64,000 nucleotides of DNA from Heterodontus francisci (lineage: Eukaryota), in assembly GCF_036365525.1 (NCBI RefSeq), contig NC_090404.1, forward strand, positions 9,238,001 to 9,302,000, read 5' to 3'. The number at the start of each line of letters is the position of its first letter. Positions within the stretch are counted from its first letter, which is position 1. Position numbers and translations under genes: made by a program. Below the pieces are notes generated by a model. The model was not told where the DNA came from, did not search any database, and saw only the letters and a program-made list of their open reading frames with translations. Of this stretch, positions 22,700 to 36,200 are shown piece after piece.

Positions 22700-25504
22700 T
22701 GAGGTGCATTTGTTTTAATGCAAGAAGTGTAGTAGGTAAGGCAGATGAACTTAGGGCTTGGATTAGTACCTGGGAGTAGGATGTTATTGCTATTACTGAG
22801 ACTTGGTTGAGGGAAGGGCATGATTGGCAACTAAATATCCCAGAATATCGATGCTTCAGGCGGGATAGAGAGGGAGGTAAAAGGGGTGGAGGAGTTGCAT
22901 TACTGGTCAAAGAGGATATCACAGCTGTGCTGAAGGAGGGCACTATGGAGGACTCGAGCAGTGAGGCAATATGGACAGAACTCAGAAATAGGAGGGGTGC
23001 GGTAACAATGTTGGGGCTGTACTACAGGCCTCCCAACAGCGAGCGTGAGATAGAGGTACAAATATGTAAACAGATTATGGAAAGATGTAGGAGCAACAGG
23101 GTGGTGGTGATAGGAGATTTTAATTTTCCCAACATTGACTGGGATTCGCTTAGTGTTAGAGGTCCAGATGGAGCAGAATTTGTAAGGAGCATCCAGGAAG
23201 GTTTTCTAGAGCAGTATGTAAATAGTCCAACTCGGGAAGGGGCCATACTGGACCTGGTGTTGGGGAATGAGCCCGGCCAGGTTGTTGAAGTTTCAGTAGG
23301 GGACTACTTTGGGAATAGTGATCACAATTCCGTAAGCTTTAAAATACTCATGGACAAAGACGAGAGTGGTCCTAAAGGAAGAGTGCTAAATTGGGGGAAG
23401 GCCAACTATACCAAAATTCGGCAGGAGCTGGGAAATGTAGATTGGGAGCAGCTGTTTGAAGGTAAATCCACATGTGATATGTGGGAGGCTTTTAAAGAGA
23501 GGTTGATTAGCGTTCAGGAGAGACATGTTCCTGTGAAAATGAGGGATAGAAATGGCAAGATTAGGGAACCATGGATGACAGGTGAAATTGTGAGACTAGC
23601 TAAGAGGAAAAAGGAAGCATACATAAGGTCTAGGCGGCTGATGAAAGACGAAGCTTTGAAAGAATATCGGGAATGTAGGACCAATCTGAAACGAGGAATT
23701 AAGAGGGCTAAAAGGGGTCATGAAATATCTTTAGCAAACAGGGTTAAGGAAAATCCCAAAGCCTTTTATTCATATATAAGGAGAAAGAGGGTAACTAGAG
23801 AAAGGATTGGCCCACTAAAGGACAAAGGAGGAATGTTATGTGTGGACTCAGAGAAAATGGGTGAGATTCTAAATGAGTACTTTGCATCGGTATTCACCGA
23901 GGAGAGGGACATGACGGATGTTGAGGTTAGGAACAGATGTTTGATTACTCTAGGTCAAGTCGGCATAAGGAGGGAGGAAGTGTTGGGTATTCTAAAGGGC
24001 ATTAAGTGGACAAGTCCCCAGGTCCGGATGGGATCTATCCCAGGTTACTGAGGGAAGCGAGAGAGGAAATAGCTGGGGCCTTAACAGATATCTTTGCAAC
24101 ATCCTTAAACACGGGTGAGGTCCCGGAGGACTGGAGAATTGCTAATGTTGTCCCCTTGTTTAAGAAGGGTAGCAAGGAAAATCCAGGTAATTATAGACTA
24201 GTGAGCCTGACGTCAGTGGTAGGGAAGCTGCTGGAGAAGATACTGAGGGATAGGATCTATTCTCATTTGGAAGAAAATGGGCTTATCAGTGATAGGCAAC
24301 ATGGTTTTGTGCAGGGAAGGTCATGTCTTACCAACTTAATAGAATTCTTTGAGGAAGTGACAAAGTTGATTGATGAGGGAAGGGCTGTCGATGTCATATA
24401 CATGGACTTCAGTAAGGCGTTTGATAAGGTTCCCCATGGCAGGCTGTGGAGAAAGTGAAGGCGCTTGGGGTCCAAGGTGTACTAGCTAGATGGATAAAGA
24501 ACTGGCTGGGCAACAGGAGACAGAGAGTAGCAGTAGAAGGGAGTTTCTCAAAATGGAGACGTGTGACCAGTGGTGTTCCACAGGGATCCGTGCTGGGACC
24601 ACTGTTGTTTGTGATATACATTAATGATTTGGAGGAAAGTATAGGTGGACTGATTAGCAAGTTTGCAGACGACACTAAGATTGGTGGAGTAGCAGATAGT
24701 GAAGGGGACTGTCAGAGAATACAGCAGAATATAGATAGATTAGAGAGTTGGGCAGAGAAATGGCAGATGGAGTTCAATCAGGGCAAATGCGAGGTGATGC
24801 ATTTTGGAAGATCCAATTCAAGAGTGAACTATACAGTAATTGGAAAAGTCCTGGGGAAAATTGATGTCCAGAGAGATTTGGGTGTTCAGGTCCACTGTTC
24901 CCTGAAGGTGGCAACGCAGGTAAATAGAGTGGTCAAGAAGGCATACGGCATGCTTTCCTTCATCGGACGGGGCATTGAGTACAAGAGTTGGCAGGTCATG
25001 TTACAGTTGTATAGGACTTTGGTTCGGCCACATTTGGAATACTGCGTACAGTTCTGGTCGCCACATTATCAAAAGGATGTGGATGCTTTGGAGAGGGTGC
25101 AGAGGAGGTTCACCAGGATGTTGCCTGGTATGGAGGGCGCTAGCTATGAAGAGAGGTTGAGTAGATTAGGATTATTTTCATTAGAAAGACGGAGGTTGAG
25201 GGGGGACCTGATTGAGGTGTACAAAATCATGAGAGGTATAGACAGGGTGGATAGCAAGAGGCTTTTTCCCAGAGTGGGGGTTTCAATTACTAGAGGACAC
25301 GAGTTCAAAGTGAGAGGGGAAATGTTTAGGGGGGATATGCGTGGAAAGTTCTTTACGCAGAGGGTGGTGGGCACCTGGAACGCATTGCCAGCGGAGGTGG
25401 TAGATGCGGGCACGATGGAGTCTTTTAAGATGTATCTAGACAGATACATGAATGGGCAGGAAGAAAAGAGATACAGAACCTTAGAAAATAGGCGACATGT
25501 TTAG
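22700..25504 (+). pseudogene. CR1 ORF2 (AP endonuclease + reverse transcriptase), disrupted
   Basis: CFNARS, YYRPPN, GDFNFP, SDH, GVPQGSVLGP and FADD motifs. Stop at 22777-22779; frameshifts near 24005 and 24450. Confidence 0.92.
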
Positions 25505-25755
25505 AGAGAGGATCTGGATCGGCGCAGGCTTGGAGGGCCGAAGGGCCTGTTCCTGTGCTGTAATTATCTTTGTTCTTCTAGGTGGTGGCGGTCATGGGTT
25601 TGGGAGGTGTTGTCAGGGAAAGCTTGGTATGTTACCAGGGTTGGGATGTTTTACTACGTAAAGGTGCGAATTAAATACACCTCATTCCTCTGCCCTGCTC
25701 TTCCAGCCACAGCAATTATGTTGCAGAATGTTGATGGTGGGGGATTGGGATCAAA

Positions 25756-28700
25756 GGAACATAGGAAATAAGAGCAAGAGCAGACCACTCAATCCATCAA
25801 GCCTGCTCCGCCATTCAAACAGATCATGACTGATCATGTACCTCTATGCAATTTCCCCCCACTATCCCCATATCCCTCGATGTCATTAACATCCAGAAAT
25901 CTACCGATTTCTGTCTTGAATACGCCCAATGATTGAGCTTCCACAGTTGTCTGAGGGATAGAATTCCACAGATTCACCAGCCTCTGAGTAAAACGAAATT
26001 CTCCTCATCCCAGTCTTACAGGCCTGCCCCATATTCTGAGATTGTGTCACCTGGTTCTCGATTCACTAGTCAGGGGGAACATCCTATCCACATCTGCCCT
26101 GTAAGAATGTTGTAAGTTTCAATGAGATCACCTCTCATTCTTTGAAATGGAGAATACAGGCCCAGTTTCTACAATCTCTCCTCATAAGACAATCCCGCCA
26201 TCTGATTGATTAGTCTGGTGAACCTCCTTTGCACTCCCTCTACGGCAAGTATATCCTTCCTTAGATAAGGGGACCAAAACTGGACACTACACTCCAGGTG
26301 CGGTCTCACCAAGGCTCTAGGCAATTGCACCTAGATTTCTTTACTCCTGTATTCAAATCCCTCTGCAATGAAGGTCAACATACCATTTGCTTTCCGAATT
26401 GCTTGCTGCACCTGCACATTCGCTTTCAGTGGCTCATGAACAAGGACACCCAGGTGCCTTTGGACGTCAACACTTCCCAACCTCTCACCATTTAAGAAAA
26501 ACTCTGCCTTTCATTTTTTTCTACCTAAGTGGATCACTTCACACTTATTCACATTATATTCCATCTGCCATGATCTTGCCCATTCACTTAGCCTGTCCAA
26601 ACCCCCTCGAAGCCTCCTAGTATCCTCCTCACAACTTACAATCCCTCCTAGTTTTGTGTCATCAGCAAATTTGGAAATATTACAATTGGTCCCCATATCC
26701 AAATCATTTATATCGATTGTGAACAGTTGTAGCCCAAGCACTGATTCTTGCGGTACCCACTAGTCACAGTCTGCCATCCCGAGAATGACCCATCTGTTCC
26801 TCCTCTCTGCTTTTTGTCTGTTAATCAATTCTCAATCCATTGAAGTACATTACCCCCAAATCCCATGTGTTCTAATTGCGTTTATTAACCTCCCATGTGA
26901 GAGGATATCTGCTGCAAGTAACATCCACAAAAACCTCCAACAGGTTTGTCAAACATGATTTCCCTTTCACAAATCCATTTTGGCCCTGTCCAATCATATT
27001 ATTTCCAAGTGCCCAGTCATCCTTTATGGTGGATTCTAACATTTTCCCTATTACTGATGTCAAACTAACAGGTCTGTAGTTCTCCGTTTTCTCTCTCGCT
27101 CCCTTCTTAAATAGTAGGATTACATTTGCTACGTTCCAGTCTGCAGGGCCTCTTCCAGAATCTATAGAATTTTGAAAGATAACCACCAATACATCTACTA
27201 TCTCTCCAGCCACCGCCTTCAATACTCTGGGATGTAGCTCACGTGGTCCAGCGGATTCATCAACTGTCAATCCAATTAGTTTTTCGAGTATCTTTATTGA
27301 TACTAATTACTTTCAGTTCTTCATTTTTACAAATACCTTACTTCCCTAGTATCTCCGGGAGATTTTCTGTGTCTTGATTAGATTAGAGATACAGCACTGA
27401 AACAGGCCCTTCGGCCCACCGAGTCTGTGCCGAACATCAACCACCCATTTATACTAATCCTACACTAATCCCATATTCCCACCAAACATCCCCACCTGTC
27501 CCTATATTTCCCTACCACCTACCTATACTGGTGACAATTTATAATGGCCAATTTACCTATGAACCTGCAAGTCTTTTGGCTTGTGGGAGGAAACCGGAGC
27601 ACCCGGAGAAAACCCACGCAAACACAGGGAGAACTTGCAAACTCCACACAGGCAGTACCCGGAATCGAACCCGGGTCCCTGCAGCTGTGAGGCTGCGGTG
27701 CTAACCACTGCGCCACTGTGCCGCCCATGAAGACAGACAGAAAGTAATTATTTAGTCTCTCTGCCATGTCCCCATTCTCCACCACAAGCTCTCCTGTCTC
27801 TGCCGGCAATGGACCCACATTCGGCCTTACTAATTGTTTCCTTTTCACATACCTAGAAAGGCTTTTACAGTCTGCCTTTATGTTTCTAGCTAGCCTGCAT
27901 TCCTATTCTCTTTTCCCTTTCTTTATCAGTTTCTTGGTCCTCCTTTGTTGCACTCTAAATTGCTCCCAATCCTTGGGCTTACCACATTTCTGGTCACCTG
28001 ATCCAGCACTTCCTTTGATCCAATGCAATCTTTAACTTCTTTTGTTGGCTACGGTTGATTCACCTTTCCTGTTGGGTTTTTGTATGTTAAGAGGAATGGA
28101 TATTTGTTGTAAATTGCGTAAAATTTCTTTAACTACTAGCCACTAGTCTACCGTCAAATCTTTTAATCCATTTTCCCAATCCACCATTGCCAACTTGCCC
28201 CTCATACTTTCATAGTTCCCTTTGCTCAGATTTAAGACCTTAGTTTCAGAATGAGCTATTTCACTTTCAAACTTAATGTAAAATTCTACATATTGTGATC
28301 ACTGTTTCCTAATGGTTCCTTTACAGCAAAGTTAATAACCCGATCCCTAGTTGTTTTTTCAGCGTACTGCTCCTGAAATGCATCTCTTACACACTCCAGA
28401 AATTAATTTTACACAGCATTAGTGCTAATTAGGTTTACCCAATCTATATGTAAATTGAAGATGCCCAATATTACTGTAATGTCCATGCTACACGCAGCTC
28501 TAATTTCCTGATTTATACCGTGCCCAATATTACTGCAGTTTGGTGGCCTATAAACAACGCCCACCAATATTTGCTGCCCCCTGCTGTTTCTTAGCTCCAC
28601 TCAAACAGATTGTACATCTTGCTCCTTCGATCTAAGATCCTCTCTCACTAATGTACTGATCTCATCGCTTATTAACAGCACTACCCGACCTCCTTTTCCC

Positions 28701-29970
28701 CTCCACCTATCCTTCCTAAATGACGAATATCCCTGAATATTCAGTTCCCAGTCCCGGTCACCCTGTAACCACATCTCCGTAATGGCAATTAAGTCATTTA
28801 CCATTTACCTCTATTTGTGCCTTCACATCATCAACTTCTTGCGAATTCTGCGTGCATTCAGATACAGTGCCCCTAACTTTGTCCTAACATTATTCCTCAT
28901 TCTGATCCTATTTGATGTTTGCCTTCGTTTCATCTGCCTTCCAATTTTGATTACTACTTTTCTACTCCCTGGTACCAGTTTTGCTTCCCTCCAATCTGAG
29001 GTCCCTCTTAGGTTCCCAACCCCTGACAATTTAGTTTAAACCCTCCCAAACAGCACTAGCAAATCTCCCTGTAAGGATATTAGTCCCAGTCCTGCTAAGG
29101 TGCAACCTGCCCACCTTGTACAGGTCCCACCTACCCGCAACAGATCCCAATGCCTCAGAAATCTGATGCCCTCCCTCCCACACCAATTCTCCAGCCATCT
29201 GTTCGATCGCTTAATCCTCCTATTCCTATGATCACGAGCACGAGGCACTGGAAGCAATCCTGAAATAAATGCTTTTGAGGTCCTGCTTTTTAATTTCTTT
29301 CTTAACTCAAACTCTACTTTCAGGACCTCATCCCTCTTCTTAACTGTGCCATTGGTACCAATGTGGAACACGACCTCTGGCGTTTCACCCTCCCCCAGAA
29401 GAATATCCTGCAGCAGGTCTGTGACATCTTTGACCCTGGCACCAAGGAGGCAACATACCATCCTGGTGTCTCATCTGTGGCTGCAGAAACGCCCATCTGT
29501 TCCTCTAAGTAACAAATCCCCGATCACTATTGCCCTTCGACTTTTCTTCCTGTGAAGCTGAGCCAGCCGTGGGGCCACGGACTTGGCTCTTGCTGCACTC
29601 CTCTGAGGAACCATCGTGCTCACCAATATCCAAGATGGAAAACCGGTTGCCAAGCGAGATGAAGTCAGGAGACTCCTGTACTACCTGCCTTGTTCTCTTA
29701 GATTTCTTGGTGGTCATCCATTCCCTCACTGTCTGCAAATTCTTAACCTGCGGAGACCACCCCCCTAAACATGCTATACACGTAGTTTTCTGCCTTAAGG
29801 ATGCACCATAGTGACTCCAGCTGCCGCTCAAGTTCTAAAACCCAGAGCGCAAGCTACTGCAGCTGGTAACACTTCCTGCAGATGTATTTGTCAAGGACTT
29901 ACGGTGTGTCCACGACTTCCCACATACCACAGGAGACAGAACCCACTCGGCCGAGCTGCCCTGCCATAGC
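25756..29970 (-). mobile_element. Older, decayed near full-length CR1 LINE (ORF1 and ORF2 fragments)
   Basis: Fragments AIVIGD, CCLLGARV, YLNAR, VYRPPN, NYRPVSLTS and ISKFADDTK occur in order on the minus strand. Confidence 0.9.
27376..27726 (-). mobile_element. HE1-like SINE, full length, nested in a CR1
   Basis: Head GGGCGGCACAGTGGCGCAGTGGTTAGCAC (A-box) and GGTTCGATTCC (B-box). Matches 3709-4030. Confidence 0.9.
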
Positions 29971-30109
29971 TGTACAAACTAATTATTGTGAGTGTAATAA
30001 GTCGAATAACTTACCAGTTACTCGCCAATCAGCCACTTCCCTAACCAATAAGCTTATGACTTTCCCGGGATGTCGCTATTAGGTTTTTTCAAACCCACTG
30101 CACGCTGAC

Positions 30110-30420
30110 CTCCAGCTAGCCTGCCTCGCCGGCCTTCCAGGTAAGTGTGGGCCTCGAGCATCGGGCTGGATTTACAGCTCCCTCTCCAGTGCGATTCGTC
30201 CCAGGTCCGCTACCTCTCCGGTCTTCCAGCTAAGTGTGGTCCCAAACCCTCGGGCTGTATTTATAATACCCTCTCTGGTTGCGATTGCTCCCTGGTCTGC
30301 TGTCTCTCCAGTCTTCCAGGTAGGTGTGGATCTCGAGCTTCGGGCTGGATTTATAGCTCCCTCTCCGGATGCAAGTCATCCCCAGGTCCGTTGCCTCGCC
30401 GGCCTTCCAGGTAAGTGTGT
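30110..30420. repeat. About 3.5 copies of a ~90-bp unit next to the 5' end of the minus-strand CR1
   Basis: TTCCAG(G/C)TA(A/G)GTGTG recurs near 30135, 30224, 30314 and 30405. Confidence 0.75.
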
Positions 30421-30569
30421 GATTAAATATCAAGGGCAGGTGGTTATAATCTGTCTAATGCTCCTAATATTACAATCAATGTCACCTCAGATGATTGTAT
30501 TTAAGCAGATTGTTAATACATTGGCTGATTTGGTGGGTTAGACAAATAATTATTTGATCTGAGACCAGA

Positions 30570-32240
30570 CGTCGGCGGAAATATTGACACAGTAGTTGGC
30601 AAAGCATATGGGATCGTGGGCTTCATAAAGAGAGATATTGAGTACAAAAGCAGGCAGGTTATGCTGCATTTTTGCATAGCTCTGTTTAGGCCACAGCTAG
30701 TGTATTGCATCCAGTTCTGGTCACCGCACATTAGGAAGGATGTGAGGGTCCTTGAGAGGGTGTTATGGGTTGTTAATGGACGCCAGAGTGGAAATAGCAG
30801 ATTCTCTGGGGGTCATCTTCAAATCTTCACTAGATACAGGCGAGGTACCAGAGGACTGGAGGTCTGCGAGCGTTGTGCCATTGTTTAAAAAAGGTGCGAC
30901 AGATAGGCCAAATAATTGCAGGCCGGTCAGTCTGACCTCGGTGGTAGGTAAATTATTAGAATCAATTCTGAAAGATAGGATAAACTGCCATTTAGAAAGG
31001 CACGAATTAATCAGGGACAGTCAGCATGGATTTGTTAAGAGAAGGTGGTGTCTTACTAACTCGATTGTATTTTTTGAGGAAGTAAGAAGAAGGATTGATG
31101 AGGGTAGTGCAGTGGATGTGGTTTACATAGATTTCAGCAAGGCATTCGACAAGGTCCCATATGGCAGACTGGTCAGTAAAATGAAAGCCCATGGAATACA
31201 GGGGAATGTAGCAGTTTGGATTCAAAATTGGCTTAGTGACAGGAAATGAAGGGTAGTAGTCAACAGATGTTTTTGCGAATGGAAAACAATTTCCAGTGGC
31301 ATTCCAAAGGGCTCAGTGTTGGGTCCCTTGCTGTTTGTGGTATATATTAATGATTTGGACTTAAATGTGGGAGGCATGACTGGGAAATTTGCAGATGACG
31401 CAAAAATAGGCTGCGCAGTTGATAGAGAAGAGGATAGCTGTGGACTCCAGACCGATATCAATGGTTTGGGTTGAGTGGGTGGAAAAGTGGCAAATGGAAT
31501 TCAAACTGGAGAAGTGCGAGGTAATACATTTGGAGAGGGAAAAGAAAGCAAGGGAGTACGCAAATAAAAAGAGAGGACATTGAGAGGGGTAGAAGAGACC
31601 TTGGAGTGCATGTCCACAGCTCCCTGAATGTGGCAGGGCAGGTAGATTGAGTGGTGAAGAAGACATATGGAATGCTTTCCTTTATTGGCCGAGGTATAGA
31701 ATGCAAAAGCAGGGATGTAATGCTGGAACTGTATAAAACGCTGGTTCGGCCACAGCTGGAGTATTGTGTAGAATGTTGCAGGGCTTGAAAGTTGCAGCTA
31801 TGAGGAAAGATTGGATAGGCTAGGGTTGTTTTTCTTAAAACAGGGGAGGCTGAGGGGTGACTTAATTGAGGTATACAAAATTATGAGGGGCCTAGATAGA
31901 GTAGACAGGAAGGACCTGTTTTCCCCAGCGGTGAGGCAAATTACCCGGGGGCCCAAATTTAAGGTGATTGTTAGAAGGATTAGAGGGGACAAGAGGAAAA
32001 CGTTTATTACCTAGAAGCTGGTGGGTATCTGGAATTCACAGCCAGGAATGGTGGTGGAGGCAGAAACCCTCAATTCATTTAAAAGGTACCTGGACCTGCA
32101 GCAGAAGTGCTGTAACCGGTAAGGCTATGGACCAGGTGCTGGAAGGTGGGATTTGAGTGGGCAGCTAGTTTTTTTCAGCCAACACAGACACGAAGAGCTG
32201 AATGGCCTCCTTCTTTGCCATAACTTTTCTATGGTTCTGT
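30570..32240 (+). mobile_element. Rearranged and decayed CR1 ORF2 fragments with 3' end
   Basis: ORFs 30616, 30752 and 31811 carry CR1 RT and C-terminal motifs. Confidence 0.88.
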
Positions 32241-32249
32241 GGTTCTTTG

Positions 32250-32642
32250 GGCAAAGCAGCTCGCTTGACTGCTACCCCATTCACAAGCAATCACCCCGTT
32301 CACCACCGACGCACAGTGGCAGCAGTGTGTACCATCTACAAGATGCACTGCAGCAACGCACCAAGGCTCCTTACACAACACGTTCCAAACCCACTACCTC
32401 TGCTACCTACAAGGATAAGGGTCGCAAATCCATGGGAACACCAGCAGCTACAAGTTCCCCTCAAAGTCATACACCATCCGGACATGGAACTATATCGCCG
32501 TTCTTTCACTGTCGCCGGGTCAAAATCCTGGAACTCCCTTCCTAACAGCATTGACCACCACCTTCTCAAGGGCAATTGGGAACGGGAAATAAATGCTGGC
32601 CTAGCCAGCGACGCCCACAACACACGAACGAATAAAAAAAAT
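32250..32642 (+). mobile_element. Family-2 LINE 3' fragment
   Basis: Matches 56860-57295 (HHRRTVAAVCTIYKMHC, ATAAATGCTGGCC...GACGCCCAC tail). Confidence 0.85.
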
Positions 32643-32643
32643 A

Positions 32644-32805
32644 GGTTTTTGTACAGCTCTCTCCGTGCTGTCTCATTGTGTGTCTGTAATCTCCACCATG
32701 TTCAGCTTTTGTACAGCTCTCTCTGTGCTCTGTATTATTGTGTGTCTGTAATCTCCACCATGTTCAGGTTTTTGTACATCTCTCTCCCTGTTCTGTATCA
32801 CTGTG
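32644..32805 (-). other. Three tandem RSS copies behind the supporting V
   Basis: RSS1 CACAGTG-23-ACAAAAACC (32767-32805). RSS2 CACAATA-23-ACAAAAGCT (32704-32742). RSS3 CACAATG-21-ACAAAAACC (32644-32680). The copies are separated by the same GAACATGGTGGAGATTACAGACA linker. Confidence 0.88.
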
Positions 32806-33113
32806 AGCTCCACGCCGACTCAGTGCACAGTAATACACAGCGGAGTCGCTCAGTTGGAGGTTGTAGATTTTTAACCGGCTGATTCTCTCGGCAGGATCGA
32901 TTGATGCAGAAATTCGGCCCCCAGCTGCGTTTTCCTTATTTTGATCTCCTGAAGTGTGTCTCTGAAGCAGGTATTTCGGAGCCTGCCCTGGGGACTGACG
33001 GTACCAGTGTACTGTGTACTGACAGAGCCCTGAATATCCACAGCTTAAAGTAACAGTGTCACCGGCAGCAGAGGTTTGTCGAGGCGGACTCCGGGACACC
33101 AGGGAACTGGAAT
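32806..33113 (-). CDS. Leaderless supporting TCR-delta V exon of NARTCR
   Basis: Acceptor CCTACAG, phase 1. Reads (D)SSSLVSRSPPRQTSAAGDTVTLSCGYSGLCQYTVHWYRQSPGQAPKYLL...LSDSAVYYCALSRRGA, with an extra CDR1 Cys. No hydrophobic leader exon seen upstream. In frame with the J donor at 40455. Confidence 0.9.
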
Positions 33114-33239
33114 CTGTAGGATGAAAATGAATATTATAGTGAATTTAGTTGCTGTTTACCCCGAGACACCTGTCAATTACAGACATAGCTCTGACTTCCG
33201 CGGTAATGCTGTTCTTCATTGGAAGCCCTGTCGACGTTT

Positions 33240-36200
33240 ATTCACTTTAATTGGCAAAAGAACCAACAAGGAGCTGCGGAGAAATTAATTTACACAACCT
33301 GTTGTTATGATCTGGAATGCACTCCCTGATAAAGCGGTGGAAGCAGATTCAATAATAGCTTTCAACAGGGAATTGGATAGATACTGGAGAAGGAAGAATT
33401 GGTTGGGCTGTGGGGAAAGAGCAGGGAGAGTGGGACTAATTGAACAGCTCGATCACAGACAAGATGGGCTGAATGATTTCATTCTGTGTTGTATCATTCT
33501 ATAATTACTATTAAATTTCTGATTCTATTTTTCTTGGTGAAAGACAGACAGTGGAAACATTTGAATAATCTATTCTCCTCACGGAGCCAATCACCTTCCA
33601 AAAAGAAATGTTTGACCGAGAGCAGCGCAGTTGTGTTACGTTTAACTGAGCACAGCAAGATGCAACAGAATGCATGAGAACGATTGAGTCAAGTGACGCT
33701 TAACATCTTTGTTTCGAAGATCAGAGTTTAACTACAGTTTCACGCTTCAAGGGGGCTCCTATTTGCCTCAAGCTCTGTTTGTTTATTTTGTTCCCAATAC
33801 GGAGCCCGTTTTGTTCAACTTCACTTTAATCTCGGATTTATACAGGTACCTTTTTTATTTTCACATCAGGGTCGCTCATTTTGTACTAGTTGCGCTTTTT
33901 GTCATCATGGGAACTTGTCCCAAAGTCTCTCAGTTGTCGGTTGGGTTCAGTTTGTGCAGTTTCCGCAGTGGTTTAACTGTTACTGACTGGGAACTGGTTC
34001 TTCCGGCTCTCTGACAATTTCAATTCTTGCAGCCCATAGAGTCACAGAGTTATAAAGCACAGACACAGGCCCTTCGGTCCATCGTGTCTGTGCTGGCCAT
34101 CAAGCACCGAACTATTCTAATCCCATTTTCCAGCACTTGGCCTGTAGCCTTGTATGCTATGGCGTTTCAATTGCTTATCTAAATACTTCTTAAATGTTGT
34201 GAGGGTTTCTGCCTCTGCCACCTCGTCAGGCAGTGTTCCAGTTTCCAACCACCCTCTGGGTGATTTTTTCCCCTCAAATCCTCTCCAAACCTCCTGCTCC
34301 TTGCCTTAAATCTATGCACCCTGGTTATTGACCCCTCCACTAAGGGAAAATGTTTCTTCTTATCTAACCTATCAAATGCCCCTCACAATTTTGTATGCTT
34401 CAATCATATCTCCCCTCAACTTTCTTTGTTCTAAGGAAAACAACCCTTTCAGTCTCTCTTCATAGCTGAAATGCTCCAGCCCAGGCAACATCCTGGTGAA
34501 TCTCCTCTGCACCCTCCCCAGTGCAATCACATCCTTCCTATAGTGTGGTGCCCAGAACTGTACACAGTACTCCAGCTGTGGCCTAGCTAGCGTTTTATAC
34601 AGCTCCATCATAACCTCCCTGCTCTTATATTCTATGCCTCGGCTAATAAAGGCAAGTATCCCATATGCCCTCCTAACCACCTCATCTACCTGTGCTGCTG
34701 CCTTCAGTGATCTATGGACAGATACACCAAGGTCCCTCTGAACCTCTGTACTTCCTAGGGTCCTACCATCCATTGTATATTCCCTTGCGTTGTTAGTTCT
34801 CCCAAAATGCGTCATCTCACATTTCTCAGGATTAAATTCTATTTGCCACCACTCTGCCCATCTTACCAGTCTATCTATATCATCCATTGGCTGAGTATCT
34901 ACCCTGTTCGAAAAGCAAACTTTCTCTAAGTTAGCACTATATTGAATACGCAGAACAGGAATAGACCATTCGGCCCAACTGGTCTATGCCGGATTTTATA
35001 CTCCACAGGAGCTATCCCCCCGCCCCCCACCCCCATCCCCCGCTTTAATAACCTCTTCCCGTCCTGACCTCTTTGTCCCTTTATTCCTTTCTCCCTCCTG
35101 TATTTTCAAGCCTCCCCTAAAGTGCATCAATGTCATATTCTCCAACTACTCCCTCTGGCAGCGAGTTCCACGTTCTGACTTCTCTCTGTGCAAATAAATT
35201 CTTCCTACTGTCTTTATTTGTTCGGTCGGTGCCTATTTTATATTTATGGCTCTTTGTTCTGGACTCACTGACAATTGAAAGCATTATCTCCACCTGTATC
35301 CTTTCAAACAACTTTTGTATTTTAATTATGTCCACCAGGTCTCCTCGCTGTCTGCTCTTTTCCAGAGCTAAGAGCCTGAGGCTTTTCAATCTTTCCAGAT
35401 AGGTGTGGATTACTGTTGATGTTATTTTTTCAGGTATATTAGAAATACAAAGTTGCAAAGAAGTCCAGAGTCCACACGCAGCCCGTCCTTCCAGTAAATC
35501 TCACTTCTGGGTGTTGTGTTATAATTGAACAGCCTTGAGATCGGTGTCTCCAGACCCCTGCCTTACCGGTGAAGTCCGGTATGTCTCTCCCTTTCGTTGA
35601 GTTATTTCTTACTGGTTCCAAGTGGACTTTCCTCCAGTCTTCACTCGCTCCCTCGCCTGTTCCTGTGCCCCTTTTATAAGAACATGAGCTCCTCGCTCTC
35701 ACTTGTTCACTGCCCACAGTTACTTCAATTAACAGTAAACAAGGATGCAGATGCATTCCTGCAAACCTATCTCTGATGCATGAAAAATACGTATTACAAA
35801 GAATATCACGGAATGCATAGCACAGACCTTGGCCACTGGGCCCAACTGGTCCAGTTTATGTTTATGCTCCACACGACCCTCCATTATTCAATTTCACGTT
35901 ATCATGATATCATTCTATTCTTTTCTCCCTCAAACGTTGAGAGAGCTCCCCCTTGAATGCATTGATTCTGTTCGCCTCATCTGCTCCACGTGATTGCAAG
36001 TTCCACATTCTAACCACTGCCTGAGGGATGAAGTTTCTACTGATTGTTTTGTGGTGTTATTAAGAACATACGTTAAGACCACGAGGGATGATCAATAGTC
36101 GGCCACATGGCCGACGTGGAGAGCCTAGAACTAAGAGTCAAAGTCTGAGGATAAGGAGTGACTCATTTAGGACTGTGGTCAGGAGACATTTCTTCATTCA

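Larger units (their letters stand above)
19990..25575 (+). mobile_element. Near full-length young CR1/HER1-type LINE
   Basis: Tandem 5' monomers, ORF1, ORF2 (APE+RT) with one stop and two frameshifts, and a CR1 3' tail. It interrupts an older family-2 LINE fragment (19760-19989 / 25575-25635). Confidence 0.95.
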
